In this document: one piece after another, positions 1 through 18,193 of the stretch | How positions within the stretch are numbered: position 1 is the stretch's first letter | Layout of the letters: every line of letters starts with the position of its first letter | From: the human T2T-CHM13v2.0 reference genome, Homo sapiens | Length of the DNA stretch: 64,000 nt | Reading direction: 5' to 3' (one strand) | NCBI RefSeq assembly: GCF_009914755.1 | Contig: NC_060931.1 | Notes under the pieces: model-generated | The model's input: the letters and a program-made list of their open reading frames with translations, nothing else | Databases searched by the model: none | What the model was told of the DNA's origin: nothing | Made by a program: the position numbers and the translations under genes

Positions 1-661
1 GAGGGGTGGAGAAGCCTTCTCAAAGTTCTCTTTCTTCTTTCTGAAAGACTGTATTTCTTTTTCTTTTCCTTTTTATATTTGGTCACACCTTTTCAGTTCT
101 GGATCATTTTATTAAATCTCTAGTACTGTCAATGAACTACAGCTGGTTATAGAAAGCGATATTCAACACCTGTAACAAAACACGCTTCCCTGTTCCCCGT
201 GCTGAACTCATCCTGTTCCCTGCTCACTGCCATCCTTTACCTAAATTACTAAGCAGCACAGCCACTCCCTCCACTCCTCACCACTGGCAGCATTCCTTGA
301 ACTCTCTCATGGAACACATTCCTCTCAACCCCATACACGCAGCACTTCAGAACTGCGGCACTCTTTGCTTCTTTCTCTTGTCACAGCATCACTCCCATCT
401 TTCTCTGTGGCCTTCCCTCTCTTTGCTCTTCCTGCTCTTTGATTGCCTTTCTAATTACCACCAAGAGGAATGAGTGAGGCGCCTCCACCGACAGAAATAG
501 GTGCCACACACAGGTGGTCTGCCAGGAGGTCGTTGCACTGAGGCACCTCACCAGTAGATTTCAGCTCACAGAAACACCAAGCGGAGAAGAGAACACCTCC
601 CAAAGATGAAACTTGAAATGCATTTTAGAGAGGACCTGTTGGATTTTCCATTCCAAAGTTG

Positions 662-662
<1 letters not shown>

Positions 663-692
<30 letters not shown>
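663..692 (+). repeat. (TG)15 microsatellite
   Basis: Direct reading. Confidence 0.95.
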
Positions 693-695
<3 letters not shown>

Positions 696-1769
696 CTAAT
701 ATATGTATTATGGACTAATGAATTCAGGAGTCTGCCATTACCAAAACATAGCATGACAAGAAAGAATTCTTCTGAATGTCATAGAACACATTTTGAACTG
801 ACAATCTAACCAGAAAGGTTAAGTTAAAGTAAAAACTTACAGCTTCATAATTAAGAAAACTATTATGAGTTTAGCTGATAGGAAATATTTTGAATATGCC
901 TGAGAAAATAGGGTAAACATAAGGTAATATAAAATTTTACTTACACTGTCTAAGGACATGGTACCCTAAGCCAGGGAAGACACTGGGGAAAGGTTGAGAA
1001 AACGTCCAGCTTTGCTAGGTGTGCCAGAGAAGGAAACACCAAGAACAGGAGACAGACGTAAGCCAGTGATGGGAACAATAAGACAATCTGGAAAGCCTCG
1101 AAACCAGGCTGCCTTAGACAGGATTCTCTCTCTCTCCTCTTTTCGCCTTCTTTTTTTTTTCTCATTGGCGCTTTCTACTCATTTCTCTTCCTCCTCATTC
1201 CTCTGTCTTCGCTTTGTCCTTTCTTCCTATACAAGCCTTTTCTGGACAACCACTTGCAATCATAAGACAAACCTTAAACCCACATGATATTATCCTACAT
1301 TACTGTATATTTCTGTATCACTTGACTACAAAGCATTTTCACATACATGATCTTACGTCACCCTCTGAGGTAAGTAAACAAAATATTTTAATTCTCAATG
1401 TATAAGCAGATAAACAAAGGCTTAATGAAGTTCACTTCAGATGTTCTAGGTAGGAGTCTTCATAGACATTATCTATGTTATTTATCAAAATAATTCTTGT
1501 GGATATGAGCTTGCTTGTGGATTTCAACCATCCCTGGGCAGATTTAGGGGGGCTGTGGTCAGGATAGCACTGGGTTGGGTGACAAAGAAGCTTTTAACTA
1601 TATCTTTTTTAAAAATTTCTTTTAAAAATCTGAAAAACTATGGTAAATATTAATATTTGTTATATCTGCATAGCAATGCACAGGTGTTAAATCATTCATT
1701 TTGTTTTCTCTATGTTTGAAATATTTCATAACAAACAGAAAGGAAAGAAAAAAATAGCCTTGTTATGGG

Positions 1770-1880
1770 GATATCAGTATCTCCCTTTTCAGATGAGGAA
1801 AAGTAGAGTGCAGATAGTTAAGTGATTTGCCATGCAGAGTTACACTAATATCACAAGTTGCAGATAGAGGACTCTGACTA
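1770..1880. mobile_element. MIR fragment
   Basis: ttttcagatgaggaaa...ttaagtgatttgcc MIR core; edges approximate. Confidence 0.65.
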
Positions 1881-1896
1881 TTAATAACTAACAAAG

Positions 1897-2209
<313 letters not shown>

Positions 2210-2869
2210 CTAGATATAAATTCCTTAGTTCTGGGTATTGTGGTAGATTTCCTTATTATGTTACTCAAAAGAGAAGCAAAAGAAATTGGAGTAAGTCATT
2301 CCTTTTGTGATCAATATCAATCTAAATATATAAATGATTAATTTCCTAATAGTGATCTGAAAATGACCAGACAAGATGAATCACACACAATTTGAGGATC
2401 AAGCTGTGTCTCTCTTCTAGACCAGATGTTGCAGGAAGAGAATTTTAGTGATGTCTTCCAGCTAGCACCAACCACCACCAATGGATGATGTCACCTAGAG
2501 CAATAATATCTCACCTATCCAGATGGCTCAGTTAGGGCACAACTTACAATTACCACAACTATCACTCCTGGGAGTCCACTAAATAAATTATTTAAAGAAT
2601 TGCACCTAAATTTTTGCCTGTGTAAAGGCATGACAAACTTTTATTTGCTTCCCCCTTTTTATGATCCAAAATTTAAAGTAAAAAATAAAGTTACTGACAT
2701 GAAGCACTTAACTTCTGTCGTTCATTCATGTTTATGCATAGTTATCACTTTACAGTCCCCAAGACATTGTCAAATACTTTAGTTCATTAAGTCCTCTAAA
2801 ATGGGACCACTGGAAGAGTACTGTTGAGTGAGACCACTTTGATATGTCTGTGCCCACACAAATACAGTC

Positions 2870-3070
2870 AGGGACTTGAAGCCAGAGTTCTGTGCATGCA
2901 TGTCAGCTCCCCCAGTTAGGTGAGAATAACTTAGGACAAGTTACCTACTGTTTCTGAACTTCTGTTTTGTGCTCTCTAAAATAAGGATAATAATGCTACC
3001 TCACAGAATCATTGTGAGGAAGAAATAATTTATATGAAGCAATGTTGAAAACTGCAAAGCACTATAAAAA
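2870..3070. mobile_element. MIR fragment
   Basis: ggacaagttac...taaaataaggataataatgctacctcacag...ttgtgagga. Confidence 0.65.
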
Positions 3071-3991
3071 GGTAAAATTTAATATGTATAGCAATGTTAT
3101 TAAAGGCATATTTTCACATAAACCCAACTGTGCTTTTTAAACTAGTGGTCAGAGAACCTTTATTACTTGCATAGACCTTAAGGCCAAGATTTTTCAAACT
3201 TGCTGCCTTATAACATCTATTTTTAAATCAAAATGAGAGAAATTTTTAAAACAGCTCTTGTAAATATATTCATAGGCTGCCTAGCACAAAGTGCATCAAA
3301 TAAATGTTATAAATTAATATATCACAATAAATGCTGAAAATAACTCAGAAGTCACAACCAATGAAGTGCCTTTGTCCACGAGAAGAAAATGGTTGCCCCA
3401 AGCAATTTTATCAACATACTTCGTAGAAAACACATTATAGAGTGGCCTTTTAAAATGACAGTTTAAATAAATAAAATGGAATATTATAGCCCTATACTCA
3501 TAAAATCATGTCTTTGAATGGAAACAATATAATGAAACCATCATTTTTATATATTTTTAAGGACTCTGTCACGTATTTTGATTCTTCATCTCCTGGTATC
3601 TTCAAGGCTTGGACGTTATTCTAAATAATCCATTTGGGCATCGAAAATTAACCTTGACACTAGTGGCAATAATAACACATTTATTTGCATATTTCCCTGT
3701 TTATCTGGTTGGATCAATCCAATTCCCAGATCTTTTCTCTTTCTGCCAGCCCTGCAAAGTCCTTTGTTTCATACAAAAGTCTAGAGTAGTTGTGTGAACA
3801 GTATTCAACATTTGGAAAAGATTTTATTTTATACCCCAAAATTAAAATTTAAAATTATGTAAACATTTATTTCATTAAGTAAAAATTTATTGAAACCAAT
3901 ATGCTCTTTTCTTATTCTTAACATTTGAATTATTCATAGCTATATATATGTTTACCACGTCAAAATCTCAGATTTAGAATTTATTAAGAAA

Positions 3992-4570
3992 AATTAAGTC
4001 CTCACATTATTGACAGATTCTTAGAAACTGAGTCTTTAAACAAAATGACTATAACAAAGCCAATTTTATTACAGGCTAATTGATAAAAACAAGACAAGTT
4101 CCTATGGCATATTTCTGGTCACAAAAAGTCACCAAACTTCTAAATAAAGACAAAATGCTTATAATATTAAACACCAAAATGTGAATTATAGATACATTTA
4201 AGAAAGATTAATAAAAACAAGTGAGAAAATTACCCGCTTTTTCCAGTTCTGGCTCGCAGGTGGCCAGAGTGTCTCCCAGCAGCTCAGGGTACAAGGTGGG
4301 ACCCAGCCCTGCACAGGGTGTCAGCCCATCACAGGGCTCATTCACACACACCACACTCACCCAGACCGAAACAATTAGATACATGGATGAACCTAATGTG
4401 CACATCTTTGAGATGTGGAAAGAAACCACAATACCCAGAGGAAACCCCGGAAGACATGCCGAGAACATGTAAACTCCACACAGAGGTGGTCCAGGTACAG
4501 AATTGATTTTTTTTCTCATCAACATTATAATGAAAGGACTTTAGAAGAAATGACATTCAAGGACTAGCTG
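3992..4570. mobile_element. MER6/MER6A (TcMar-Tigger non-autonomous DNA transposon)
   Basis: Left end taagtcctcac...gattcttagaaactg and right end ...caaggactagctg|TA. The internal GC-richer SINE-like core matches the recalled MER6 consensus. Confidence 0.8.
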
Positions 4571-5059
4571 TAATGGAATGTTTTGCATATAATAAGGATA
4601 TAAAATATGAAAAATAATCTATTGTGATTCAGTTTAACAACGCAGAGCTAAATAGTTCAGATTAGACATAAATGTACCAGAAGCAAATATCGGAAGCTAC
4701 AAATGTACCAGAAGCTAGGCTATCAAACTTCCTTTATTTTCCAAAAACAGATACTGAATGAATAAACCAAGCAAGTTGCCCATTTTGGAACACTAGTTAT
4801 CTTGGAGTGACTCACACATCTTTCCCTTGAAGGAAAATTATACACTGAATAAATCCTCAACTTCACATGGGAACTTGCACATCTTCCCAAAACTTCTCCA
4901 AACTGCCAATGCTTCCACCATTTCTTCAACAATTCAGATGTTGGGGTCACTGATGAGTCTACCTTTTTCTGTTCCACCCCTACACCTAATCAAAGCTCTA
5001 CCTTTCCTTCCTGTGTAACTTCCCTGTGACCTTTTGCAGCTGTCGTCATTGCCAATGTT

Positions 5060-5250
5060 CTATTAATAGCTGACATTTATTGAGCATTTACTATATTCCC
5101 ACTAACAGGATAGGCCCTTTACAGGCACTGACTAAGATATGGGTGTGGTTATGCTACATACAAGAAAACTAAGGGCTAGTGGTAGTAGAGGCAGGATTCT
5201 AACCCATGGAGACCAATTCCAAAGCCTACGCTCTTAGTCACTCTGCCAGC
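5060..5250. mobile_element. MIR fragment
   Basis: taatagctgacatttattgagcatttactat...ggcaggattctaaccc. Confidence 0.6.
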
Positions 5251-7399
5251 CTGCTTCTGCTCCTATCACTAGTATCCAATATTGGATCTTCCTTCCTCCC
5301 TCAGGCCTCTACAACTCCAGTCCATTTTACAAAGCCCTACAAGAAACCAAAACACTTTCAATATCAAGGGGCTCCTGATGTTGAAAGTGTTTTAGTTTCT
5401 TGTGGGGCTTTCCATGATGAAGTATAGTGATTTAGGTGGTTGTCTGCACTTTCCAGGACAACCCTAGAGCAGTGAACCTACCAGTCATCCCCAGATGGAG
5501 CAGGCCTTTTCTTCAATTAGGTTCCAGGCAGCTTCCCAGCTTGAAACTGCAAACAGGCTTTCAAGACACAATTCTCCACCTGATAAATGTTCAGTGGCTC
5601 CCTGCTGCCCACAGACAAAAGGAGAATGCCTCTATCATGTGAGCAAGGCTCCATCCTCAGACAGAACCTGCCTGAAATCAGCCCTCTCCCCTGCCATTCT
5701 CCAGACCAGTTCTTCAGCTCCAGCAGAGCTGTTCTGCTCACTGTTCACAAAACTTTTCCCACAAGTCTCTATAGGTACACCTTTGCTTATGCCACACTCA
5801 GGCCTAAACTACCATTTCCCTCTCCTTTCCTGTCAAAATTTCAAGCTTCAAGGTCCATACCGGAACCATCTTTGATTCCTCTAGATCTAAGGTTTCTCTT
5901 GTAACTACACTCTAACAACTCATGTGGCCCAGGCCACTTTCCTGTCGCACCATTTATTATTTCATATTTACAATTTCCTTTGGGTTTGATTTTCAAGTAC
6001 ATATTTCTCAAACTGTATAGTTTATATATAAATATAAAATATATTTTGTATATATATTTATATATATGAATATATATATTTCTCAAAGTATATATTTCTC
6101 AAACTTGATGGCAGGAAAAACTCAACTTGTATTTCATTGATCAAACAGAATACTTTCTACAAAGTAGGCCCTCAACAAATGTATATTGATTTTAAAGGAA
6201 AATAAATAATTTTCCCCCAAACAAGAAAAATATATTGGGAGGCTAAACATTACTTTATGATATATTATATACAATCTTCACACAAATGACTTGTCAAACA
6301 TGGCTGAAGGTAAGAGGAATGTCTTTAAATTCTGCTTAATGTGAACTCAGAAGTAAGAGAACTAAAGAAGAGTATATTAGATTATCTCAGAGATGCTGCC
6401 TGGAACACCAAGTGCCCTTTCATCAGTTGGTTTGACATCAGGTCTGCAGGCACCATGCGTTGCTACTGAGGACTAACTGGTGGCCTATGAGAAATTAGGG
6501 GACAGAAAAAAAAATAAAAGTATGAAAGAAATTGTAAAAGGTAAGCAAATGTAAAAAAGAAGAAATTAGATCTCCTCAATGAGAGATCCAAGAAGACAAA
6601 GGATATTACTGCTTCCTTATTCAAATCTAATCTAACCATCTAGTAATTCTTTTCACTAAGCTATTTCTGCAACTTATTTGCAACTAAAGAAAAGAGGCAT
6701 TAGATTATTAAGAACCAGTTAGAAAAGGTGAAAATAGAACCCATGAGAAGATGTATTTTTAAATGATCATCCAAAAATGCTAAAGGATGTCAAATTTACC
6801 ATTGACATTCTGCCTAACAACAACAAAAACAATTACAGACAAAACTTCATAATATTTAAAAGAATTTGTATATGAATTGTCATGGTTTTATGGAAATATA
6901 ACAAGCCAGTAAGTACCAGATTTAATTAAAATTTCAGAATCATGAAAAAGAAATGACCTATTTAACTTGACATTTTATAGGTTTCAATACCTCTCTGTGC
7001 CTTCATTATCTCAAATGTAAAATAGGAATAATACTAGTACCTACCTCATAAGGCTCTCCTAATAATGAGTTAATTCCCCAAAGGTTTAGAGAAAGGCCCA
7101 CATCTGGTGTGAATATTCCAACTATCCTTGTTTTCCCACTCATAAAACAGAGGTTTGCATTTGCAAAAAAAAAATGCATTTAAGATTAATAAACTGGGGT
7201 TTTTAACTCCTCCAGTAATTATGGCAAAGTTCATGCCCTATGAACTGTTGAAAACAAATTTTATTCAGCAAGATGCAAAATTAAATTCTGTGGCCCATTC
7301 TGGTTTGTATACAATCTGCCTTTTTCTCCATATTGCTGTATTCATTTTAAATGCCATAAAAATATTTCCTAAAAATGGAAGAAAATCAACCCCAATCAT

Positions 7400-7790
7400 T
7401 GTTTTTAAAAACATTTAGAGAGTTCAGTAAGATGTCTAGGTACAAAATATATGGCAATCAATTACATTCGTAGATGCCAGAAATGGCCAATTAGAAGATG
7501 TAATTTAAAAGATCACTGTGTAAAATCCTTAGGAATTAGTAGGAGAAAAATTTTCTATTAATAAATGATACTGGGAAAACTGGCCGAAAATCTAGGAAAT
7601 AAATTAAATAGGTATCACTCTTCTTAGCCATAAATTTCAAATGAATTTGAGAGTTAAATGCAAAAACCAAACATTATTAAAGTACTAGGAGAAAGGATTA
7701 TGAAAATGTTTTTGTAATCTGAGGATTCAGGAAGTTTCTCCATGCATAATACTGAAGGCAGAAACCATACAACAATAGCAGCCAATATTC
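7400..7790 (+). mobile_element. Ancient L1M ORF2 remnant
   Basis: A-rich degenerate L1 phrases (agagttcagtaag, aataaatgatactgggaaaactgg, aaagtactaggagaaa). Confidence 0.6.
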
Positions 7791-7950
7791 ACCAGCTTAC
7801 TATGGACCAAACATATATTATATCTCATTTATTATCGTGTCACTATGTGACATGCAATTCTTCATTTTACATATAAGAAAAGGGACTTAACGAAGTTGAG
7901 TACCTTTAAAGAAAGGAGACTCAGATAAGTAACTTCCATGTCAGTGTATA

Positions 7951-8869
<919 letters not shown>

Positions 8870-8889
8870 TTTTTTTAAAAAGTAGTCAA

Positions 8890-9200
<311 letters not shown>

Positions 9201-9796
9201 AGGTAGTCAAGTCAGGATTAGAATCCAGGCATGTCTGATTCCAGAGATCATACTATTACACACTGTCATGCTCATTCCATATAAACGAAACAACTGATAG
9301 ATTTGACTACCCAAAAATTAAAAGACAAAGGACAAACTGGGGGTTGGGGGGAATACCTGTCATATATATTACAAGGAATTACTAACATTAGCAGTTTTTC
9401 AAATCAATATGAAAAAGAGAAAACTTTAAAAATAAGTAAAGGATTTAACAGATAATTCATACACAGATATGCACAAAATTAGTAATGAGACAGAAAATTA
9501 TTCAACCTTTCTAGTAATCAAAGAAGGAAAAATAAAACAATTATAAAATACTCTTTTTAAACCTATAGATATACCAAAGACTAAAAAGAATTATATCACC
9601 CAGCATTTAGTGTGTGTATGCAGACAGGCTGCCTGACAAAATGAAAAGTGGTATTATCTTTTTGGAGGACAATCTGACAGTAGGTATCAACAGCTGTAGT
9701 GTTATTAATAAATTTTGAACTGGAACTTTCAGTTCTAGGAATGGATACTGTGAAAGTATTTGAGCATCACTGAATAAATAATAAAAATAAACTTTA

Positions 9797-10147
<351 letters not shown>

Positions 10148-10910
10148 TTATCTAAAACTTGAATATTAGAGGGAACTGAGTATGTTTGTGTGCATCCATA
10201 TACTGTAATACTAAACAAAGGTGTAGCTCTGTACTTATGGGCATGGAAAGATGCTGAACACATATAGCTGAGTGAGAAAAGCTGACTGTGGTAGGTATAG
10301 TTTGATTCCATTCACGTCTGCATGCACGTATGCAAATTAAAACACAGATTGCTTACAAGTAAGAGACTGGATTTAGAAACTAGTTTCCTCCCTTGCGCTG
10401 GAAGAGCTTGGTCCTGAGAACTACGTGAAAGAGGATTTCACTGGATCTCATAACTAAATATTCTAAGTCTTCCCAAGAAATTCTACAATATTTCTTAGAA
10501 TTACAGAGTAAATAGGTGTGGATGGCACTGTCCCACTGAGAAGCACTGGCAGGGATGGAATGCAGATGAAGTATGGGCAGATCCCCATCACAATGACTGG
10601 CGTTGGCCATCTGACTTCTGTTTGGAATAGAGGGGCCATCATCCATCAAAGACTCCTAAAGTTTGACATTACTAGATTTAGGAAAATACAATGCCATGAT
10701 GAGATGCGGCATCACTGTCAGGCAGAGGCTTACAAGAAAGGGTGAGAAGAGAACTGAGAGCAGCAGGAATCGCTTTAAAGCTAAATTAGAAAGAACAAGA
10801 AACCTACACAGTTTGCATTTCATATGTGTTCCTTTTCTGGCTTATTAATATTTTCTTTCATAAAGAGATAGATGCTTCACACACTGCTAATGTATGTGGG
10901 CATATGATTA

Positions 10911-10936
10911 TGTGTGTGTGTGTGTGTGTGTGTGTG
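10911..10936 (+). repeat. (TG)13 microsatellite
   Basis: Direct reading. Confidence 0.95.
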
Positions 10937-11797
10937 CTACAAGATTAGATAGAAAAACTTTATGATTGACACCAAAAAAGAGGTACCATCAGCAAGAATG
11001 TATTCATGATGTCAGCAGTTACTGTGATCCAGTTGTTTCACAACAGAGAGTATTAGAATCCCAAAAAGAATTCTGTGTAGAATTCCAGAATTTTGTTGAA
11101 AGAGCAAAGGTGCCCTGAAGGTTTAAGTAAAGGCATCTGGCATTTGCACTCAACTGTCACAGCCAGTAGTGATAATCCAACCCATTTGGTGCATGTGACA
11201 GCTTTTTCAAGAGCGTTTCTAACAGTGGCTGGAACAAGGCAGTTAATGGCAGAAGTTACTGTAATAAGAGAGAGTGTCTGTGTGGTTCTAGGGGAACCCT
11301 TTGCTCTACAGGAAAAGAAACATAAACAAGTGAGATAAGCCCACTAACAATGCATGCAAGTTATTATAATCCACAATTTAAAATATAGTAAGATAAGAAA
11401 AATATTTATGTAAATATTTACCTTGTCTATGATTAGGAAAAGACGCTCTCAGCACAAAAGCAATATGAGAAAACAAAAGAAACAAAAATGTATCTGTTTT
11501 CATAAATATATTAACACAATGGGCATATAAAAATTCATGAAAAAAATAAAAATAAAACCACAACTTAGGGAAAAGAATTTTGCCAAAATTTAAAATATGT
11601 ACAAAAATATTGATCATAACGTTTATAACACTGAAAACAAAAGAAAAACACCTGAAATGTGAAATATTTATAGATTTTTAAGTTATGCTACAGCATACAG
11701 TAAAATGTTGTGGAGCCATGAAAATGATGTTTTTGAAAAATGTTGATATCAAGAGCACATAATGTTAAGATTAAAAAGATCATAATTCCTAAGACTA

Positions 11798-12224
<427 letters not shown>

Positions 12225-12269
12225 TCATATGCAATAACTCACTGAAGATCCAAAACAACCCTGTGTGAC

Positions 12270-12420
12270 GAGTACTATCATCACTATTTTTCAGACAAGG
12301 AAACGGAGACATAGAGAAGTGAGATCCCTTGTCCAAGGCCACATGACTTAAAAGTGCAAAGCTTGGAAATGAACTCAGCCAGTCCATTTCCTGAGCCTGT
12401 GGGCTATCCACTACCACAAA
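12270..12420. mobile_element. MIR fragment
   Basis: attttcagacaaggaaacggag...cttgtccaaggccaca...gaactcag. Confidence 0.65.
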
Positions 12421-13289
12421 TCCCTGAGAGTTAAGCCATCTCTGATTTCAAAGGCTCATAAATTAAAATATCTAAATATGTTATGGATAGAGTGGAATTT
12501 TATTTCTACATTATCTATAAGATTTGAGCTATTCTCACTAACAAGTCCTTGGAAACATTCATGTTAATTTCCATAAGTTTGGAGCCTCCGATCCTCTTAA
12601 CTTATAGGATATCAATACATGTAATTTAATGAAGATGCAGAATTCTCAGCTGCTGTTCCCTTTGTATGTTCATCACTGTCCAAGTAAATTTCTCTTAGAA
12701 GACAAAATCTTTGGGGAAATTTGTCGAGTTTCCATTTTTGTGTGTTTTCTATAAGGTTATTACATATCTGTTGAGTATGGAGCCAAACGATTTTGGTTTC
12801 TATCCTTCCCACTATTTATTCCTATTCAAATGAAAATTTAAATACAAACTAGCTACCCATTCATCAAGATTGTTTCAAATTTATTTATGGCGCAGCATAG
12901 AGAAGCTTCTGGGAATAACAACTTTAAATCTATTATAGTTTCTATTAATAATTGTAGTCACTAATTGCTATGAGAACTATTTTGGATATGCTAACATATA
13001 GTTAAAGTAAACTCATTCCAACAGACTGCTATAAATAGCTTTGCATATTCTCACAGAAGACATGAGAATTTTGTAAGTTTGAAGAGTGGGAAAGTAGAAA
13101 CACGGTTTTCAGACTTTCTTTTCAAACATTGTTATCACAGGTTCAAAGCCAAAATTTAGAAATTGTACTCACAAACCCATCTTTATAGATGATCCTCTTG
13201 ATTAATTATCTTGGCACTGCCACTTTCAGACAACAATTTTAACTATATCTCATATTAGACAGGGATCCCAAGTGCTATTCTTGCTCACT

Positions 13290-14770
<1,481 letters not shown>

Positions 14771-14789
14771 ATTAGAATGGTCAACCTCC

Positions 14790-15000
14790 TGGCCTGAGCA
14801 TGGTGGCTCACAATTGTAGTCCCAGCAATCAAGAGGTCGGGCAAATTGATTGAGTCCAGGAGTTCAAGACCAGCCTGGGCAACACAGTAAGACCCCTATC
14901 TCTATAAAAAATACAAAAATGAGTGGGGTATGGTGGCACGTGCCTGTAATCCCAGCTACTCAGGAGGCTGAGGTTGGGAGGATCACTTGAGCCCAAGAGG
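14790..15000 (+). mobile_element. 3'-truncated AluJ-like
   Basis: Left monomer plus part of right monomer, ending at ...cttgagcccaagagg. Confidence 0.85.
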
Positions 15001-15026
15001 CTTTGATATTCCCTCGCAGGTTGTTA

Positions 15027-15432
<406 letters not shown>

Positions 15433-16134
15433 CTATACTGCAGTGTGCAACTTTCAGAAGAGAAGAAGGCATTTCCACAAAACTAAAAAAGTGTTAAGTC
15501 CCTTTTAGGCTAGATCTATATGTACAATAAGAACGCAATTCCACCCTACCCCTGCTAGGCCAATAATACTTGTGGTCCCAGGAACTTGAATCCAGTATTC
15601 AATGAAACAAAATGAAAAGAAGTTGGAGAGGATTCATCCCAATTGTGAGACCAGAAAAGCCTCCCTACTGGTTCCTACTACCACGACTCCTTTAGCAGTT
15701 GACCACTCCCTTCTCCTTGAGACACGAATCATTTCTACATCTGTTTGGATTTTCCTTCCATTCTGCAAGCTAACCCACCTCCTACTAATAAATCCCTTTA
15801 GCCCAAGTTAGCCAGAGTTGGTTTCTGTTGCTGGCAAGCAGAGTACCCTGACACACCTGCCACTCTCCAAAATGGCAGCTAATAAAATTTACGCTTTTCC
15901 AAGTTGGGTCAATTTTCCAAGGTAAATAAAAATAAAGGTTTAGAGACGAATACCATACCAGCAAAACAAAAGCTTAATACTCTAATAACCATCCTTAAAT
16001 TCTGATTACAAATGTTTCTTTCACTAAGAAATATTTCTAAGGAGAAACATTCTTTTTACCCAATGAAAACATCTATTTATCTTAAATTAATCAAAGAAAT
16101 GAACATCTTTTTATTTGAGATTAAACATCTTGAT

Positions 16135-16450
16135 AAGAAGTATATGTTGTTATTAACTAGTCACCATGTTGTACAATAGATCTCTTGAATGTATTCTTCC
16201 TAACCGAAATTTTCTATCTTTTGCCTGACATCTCCCCACCCACCCCAATCCCTAGCACCTGGCAACTACCATTCTATTCTCTACTTCTATGAGTTCAACT
16301 TTTTTCAGATTCCACATATAAGTGAAATCATGTGATATTTGTCTTTCTGTTCCCTGGCTCATTTCGCTTAATATAATGCCTTCCAGGTTCATCCACGTTG
16401 TCACAAATGAAAAGTTTCCTTCTTTTTTAGGCTGAATAGTATTCCATTAG
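16135..16450 (-). mobile_element. L1MA-type 3' UTR fragment
   Basis: gtcaccatgttgtacaatagatctcttgaa...accattctattctctacttctatgagttcaac...gctgaatagtattccatt. Confidence 0.85.
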
Positions 16451-17896
16451 TGACTGCTTCTACAGGATGGCAAGGAAGCACACACCTCGTTCAGTATTTC
16501 CTATTCTTAAATATTTGCAGAGCTTCTATATTGTTCATTGTGTTGTAGAAAGAGTTAGGAATGACTGGTCTAGATGGTACAGGACAAACTTGTTCGGATG
16601 AGCAAAAATCACTAAGCAATACGTGTCAAATCAATCATTATTTTAATAATTGAGGTGAATCTGATCTCTAGAGCATTTGCATTTCATTTCAATGAATACA
16701 GATAGCTATCCCCTGGGTACTCATTAGTGATACCAATTCTGAACTCTTCATTTATTGGAGTTCTCTATGTTTAAAATATTTCGGAATTGACATGTCTGCC
16801 TCAGTTTCTGTTAACAGTCTGGCATAAACCACTTACATTTGAAATAAAAATTCTAAAAGTTGTAATACCTGCATCAGGTGAAATCACGTTAGTCTCATGG
16901 CTTCCTACCCTCCCCACCCTGGAGGCTCACAGATTTGCACATCAGAGCTACAACTTAGCACAGCTCATCAGAGAATGGTACAGGGAGAAATGATCTGGTG
17001 TTTCAGGCTTGAGAAAAGAAAACATCTATATGTGGAACATCTCTACACTTTTTGGTGATGTTTGTATAAAGGCTCCTTTGAGTCGTTAAAGTCCAATGAG
17101 GCAAGTTTTTCTCTCCTAGTAAGAACATGAGCCCACCTTCAAACCCTCTGAGAACCTCTGTAGGTTCTGAATAGGAAGCTCTCAGCCTGAATCTCTCCTC
17201 GGCCCTTTTATTTAACTTTTACCAGGGGTCAGCGGATCTTGGTTCAGCTCTGACCGCAAACTTTGGAATAAACTATAATGGTGACAAATCAAGAAACATT
17301 CCTATACTACCGGAGAATGAGACAAGGGCAGACCCCACTTCTTATCACTAGACATGACACATGCCTTGCCATCCCTCATGCTTCACTCCTAGCCTGGTTG
17401 CCATAAAGTCTAGAGCTGAGCTCTGCCCTCTGTGGCAGCAGGTGGACTACTTGGAGGCAAGGGCTGGAAAGGATGCTTAGCAGTTGCTCTGCTTTTTTTC
17501 TCATTCAAATTAGCTCAACAGAAAGTGATTTTTGAAGATCTGATCCATGTATGAAAAATAACTCCACAAAGGCAAGTAAAAACAAATGTTATCCCATTGG
17601 GTTTATATCACTGTAAGAGCAGAACTTTGAGCAGTGAACAGGTCAGAATGCAGAAACTCAGTGGTCACCAAGGACTTCTACCGTGTGCCACATCATTCAG
17701 TTTCACAGGCTGTGCCTGCAGACTAACAACATTTACTGGAATTTCCTAAAGAGAGGAATATACAATAGATGAACTTCAATAAATATCTTTAAAATGTCCC
17801 TCCCCACCTACATTTTTCAATTCTCTTATATTCAAATCCTATATAAGTTCTATTAGTGTGTGAGAGAACACGTTTCTTCATTACTTAAAATTTTTT

Positions 17897-18193
17897 GGCC
17901 AGGCGCGATGGCTCACACCTGTAATCCCAGCACTTTGGGAGGCCGAGGTGGGCTGATCACCTGAGGTCGGGAGTGCGAGACCAACCTGACCAACATGGAG
18001 AAACCCTGTCTCTACTAAAAATACAAAATTAGCTGGGTGTGGTGGCGCATGCCTATAATCCCAGCTACTCAGGAGGCTGAGGCAGGAGACTTGCTTGAAT
18101 CAGGAGGCGGAGGTTTCGTTGACGGAAGATCATGCCATTGCACTCCAGCCTGGACAACAAGAGCGAAACTCTGTCTCCAAAAAAAAAAAAAAA
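17897..18193 (+). mobile_element. AluSp-like
   Basis: cctgaccaacatggagaaaccc and caacaagagcgaaactc diagnostics. Confidence 0.93.

Noticed and set aside
440-570. CTCF-like motifs (ccagtagatttcag, ctgccaggaggtcg)
   Set aside because: Mismatches at key GGC core positions.
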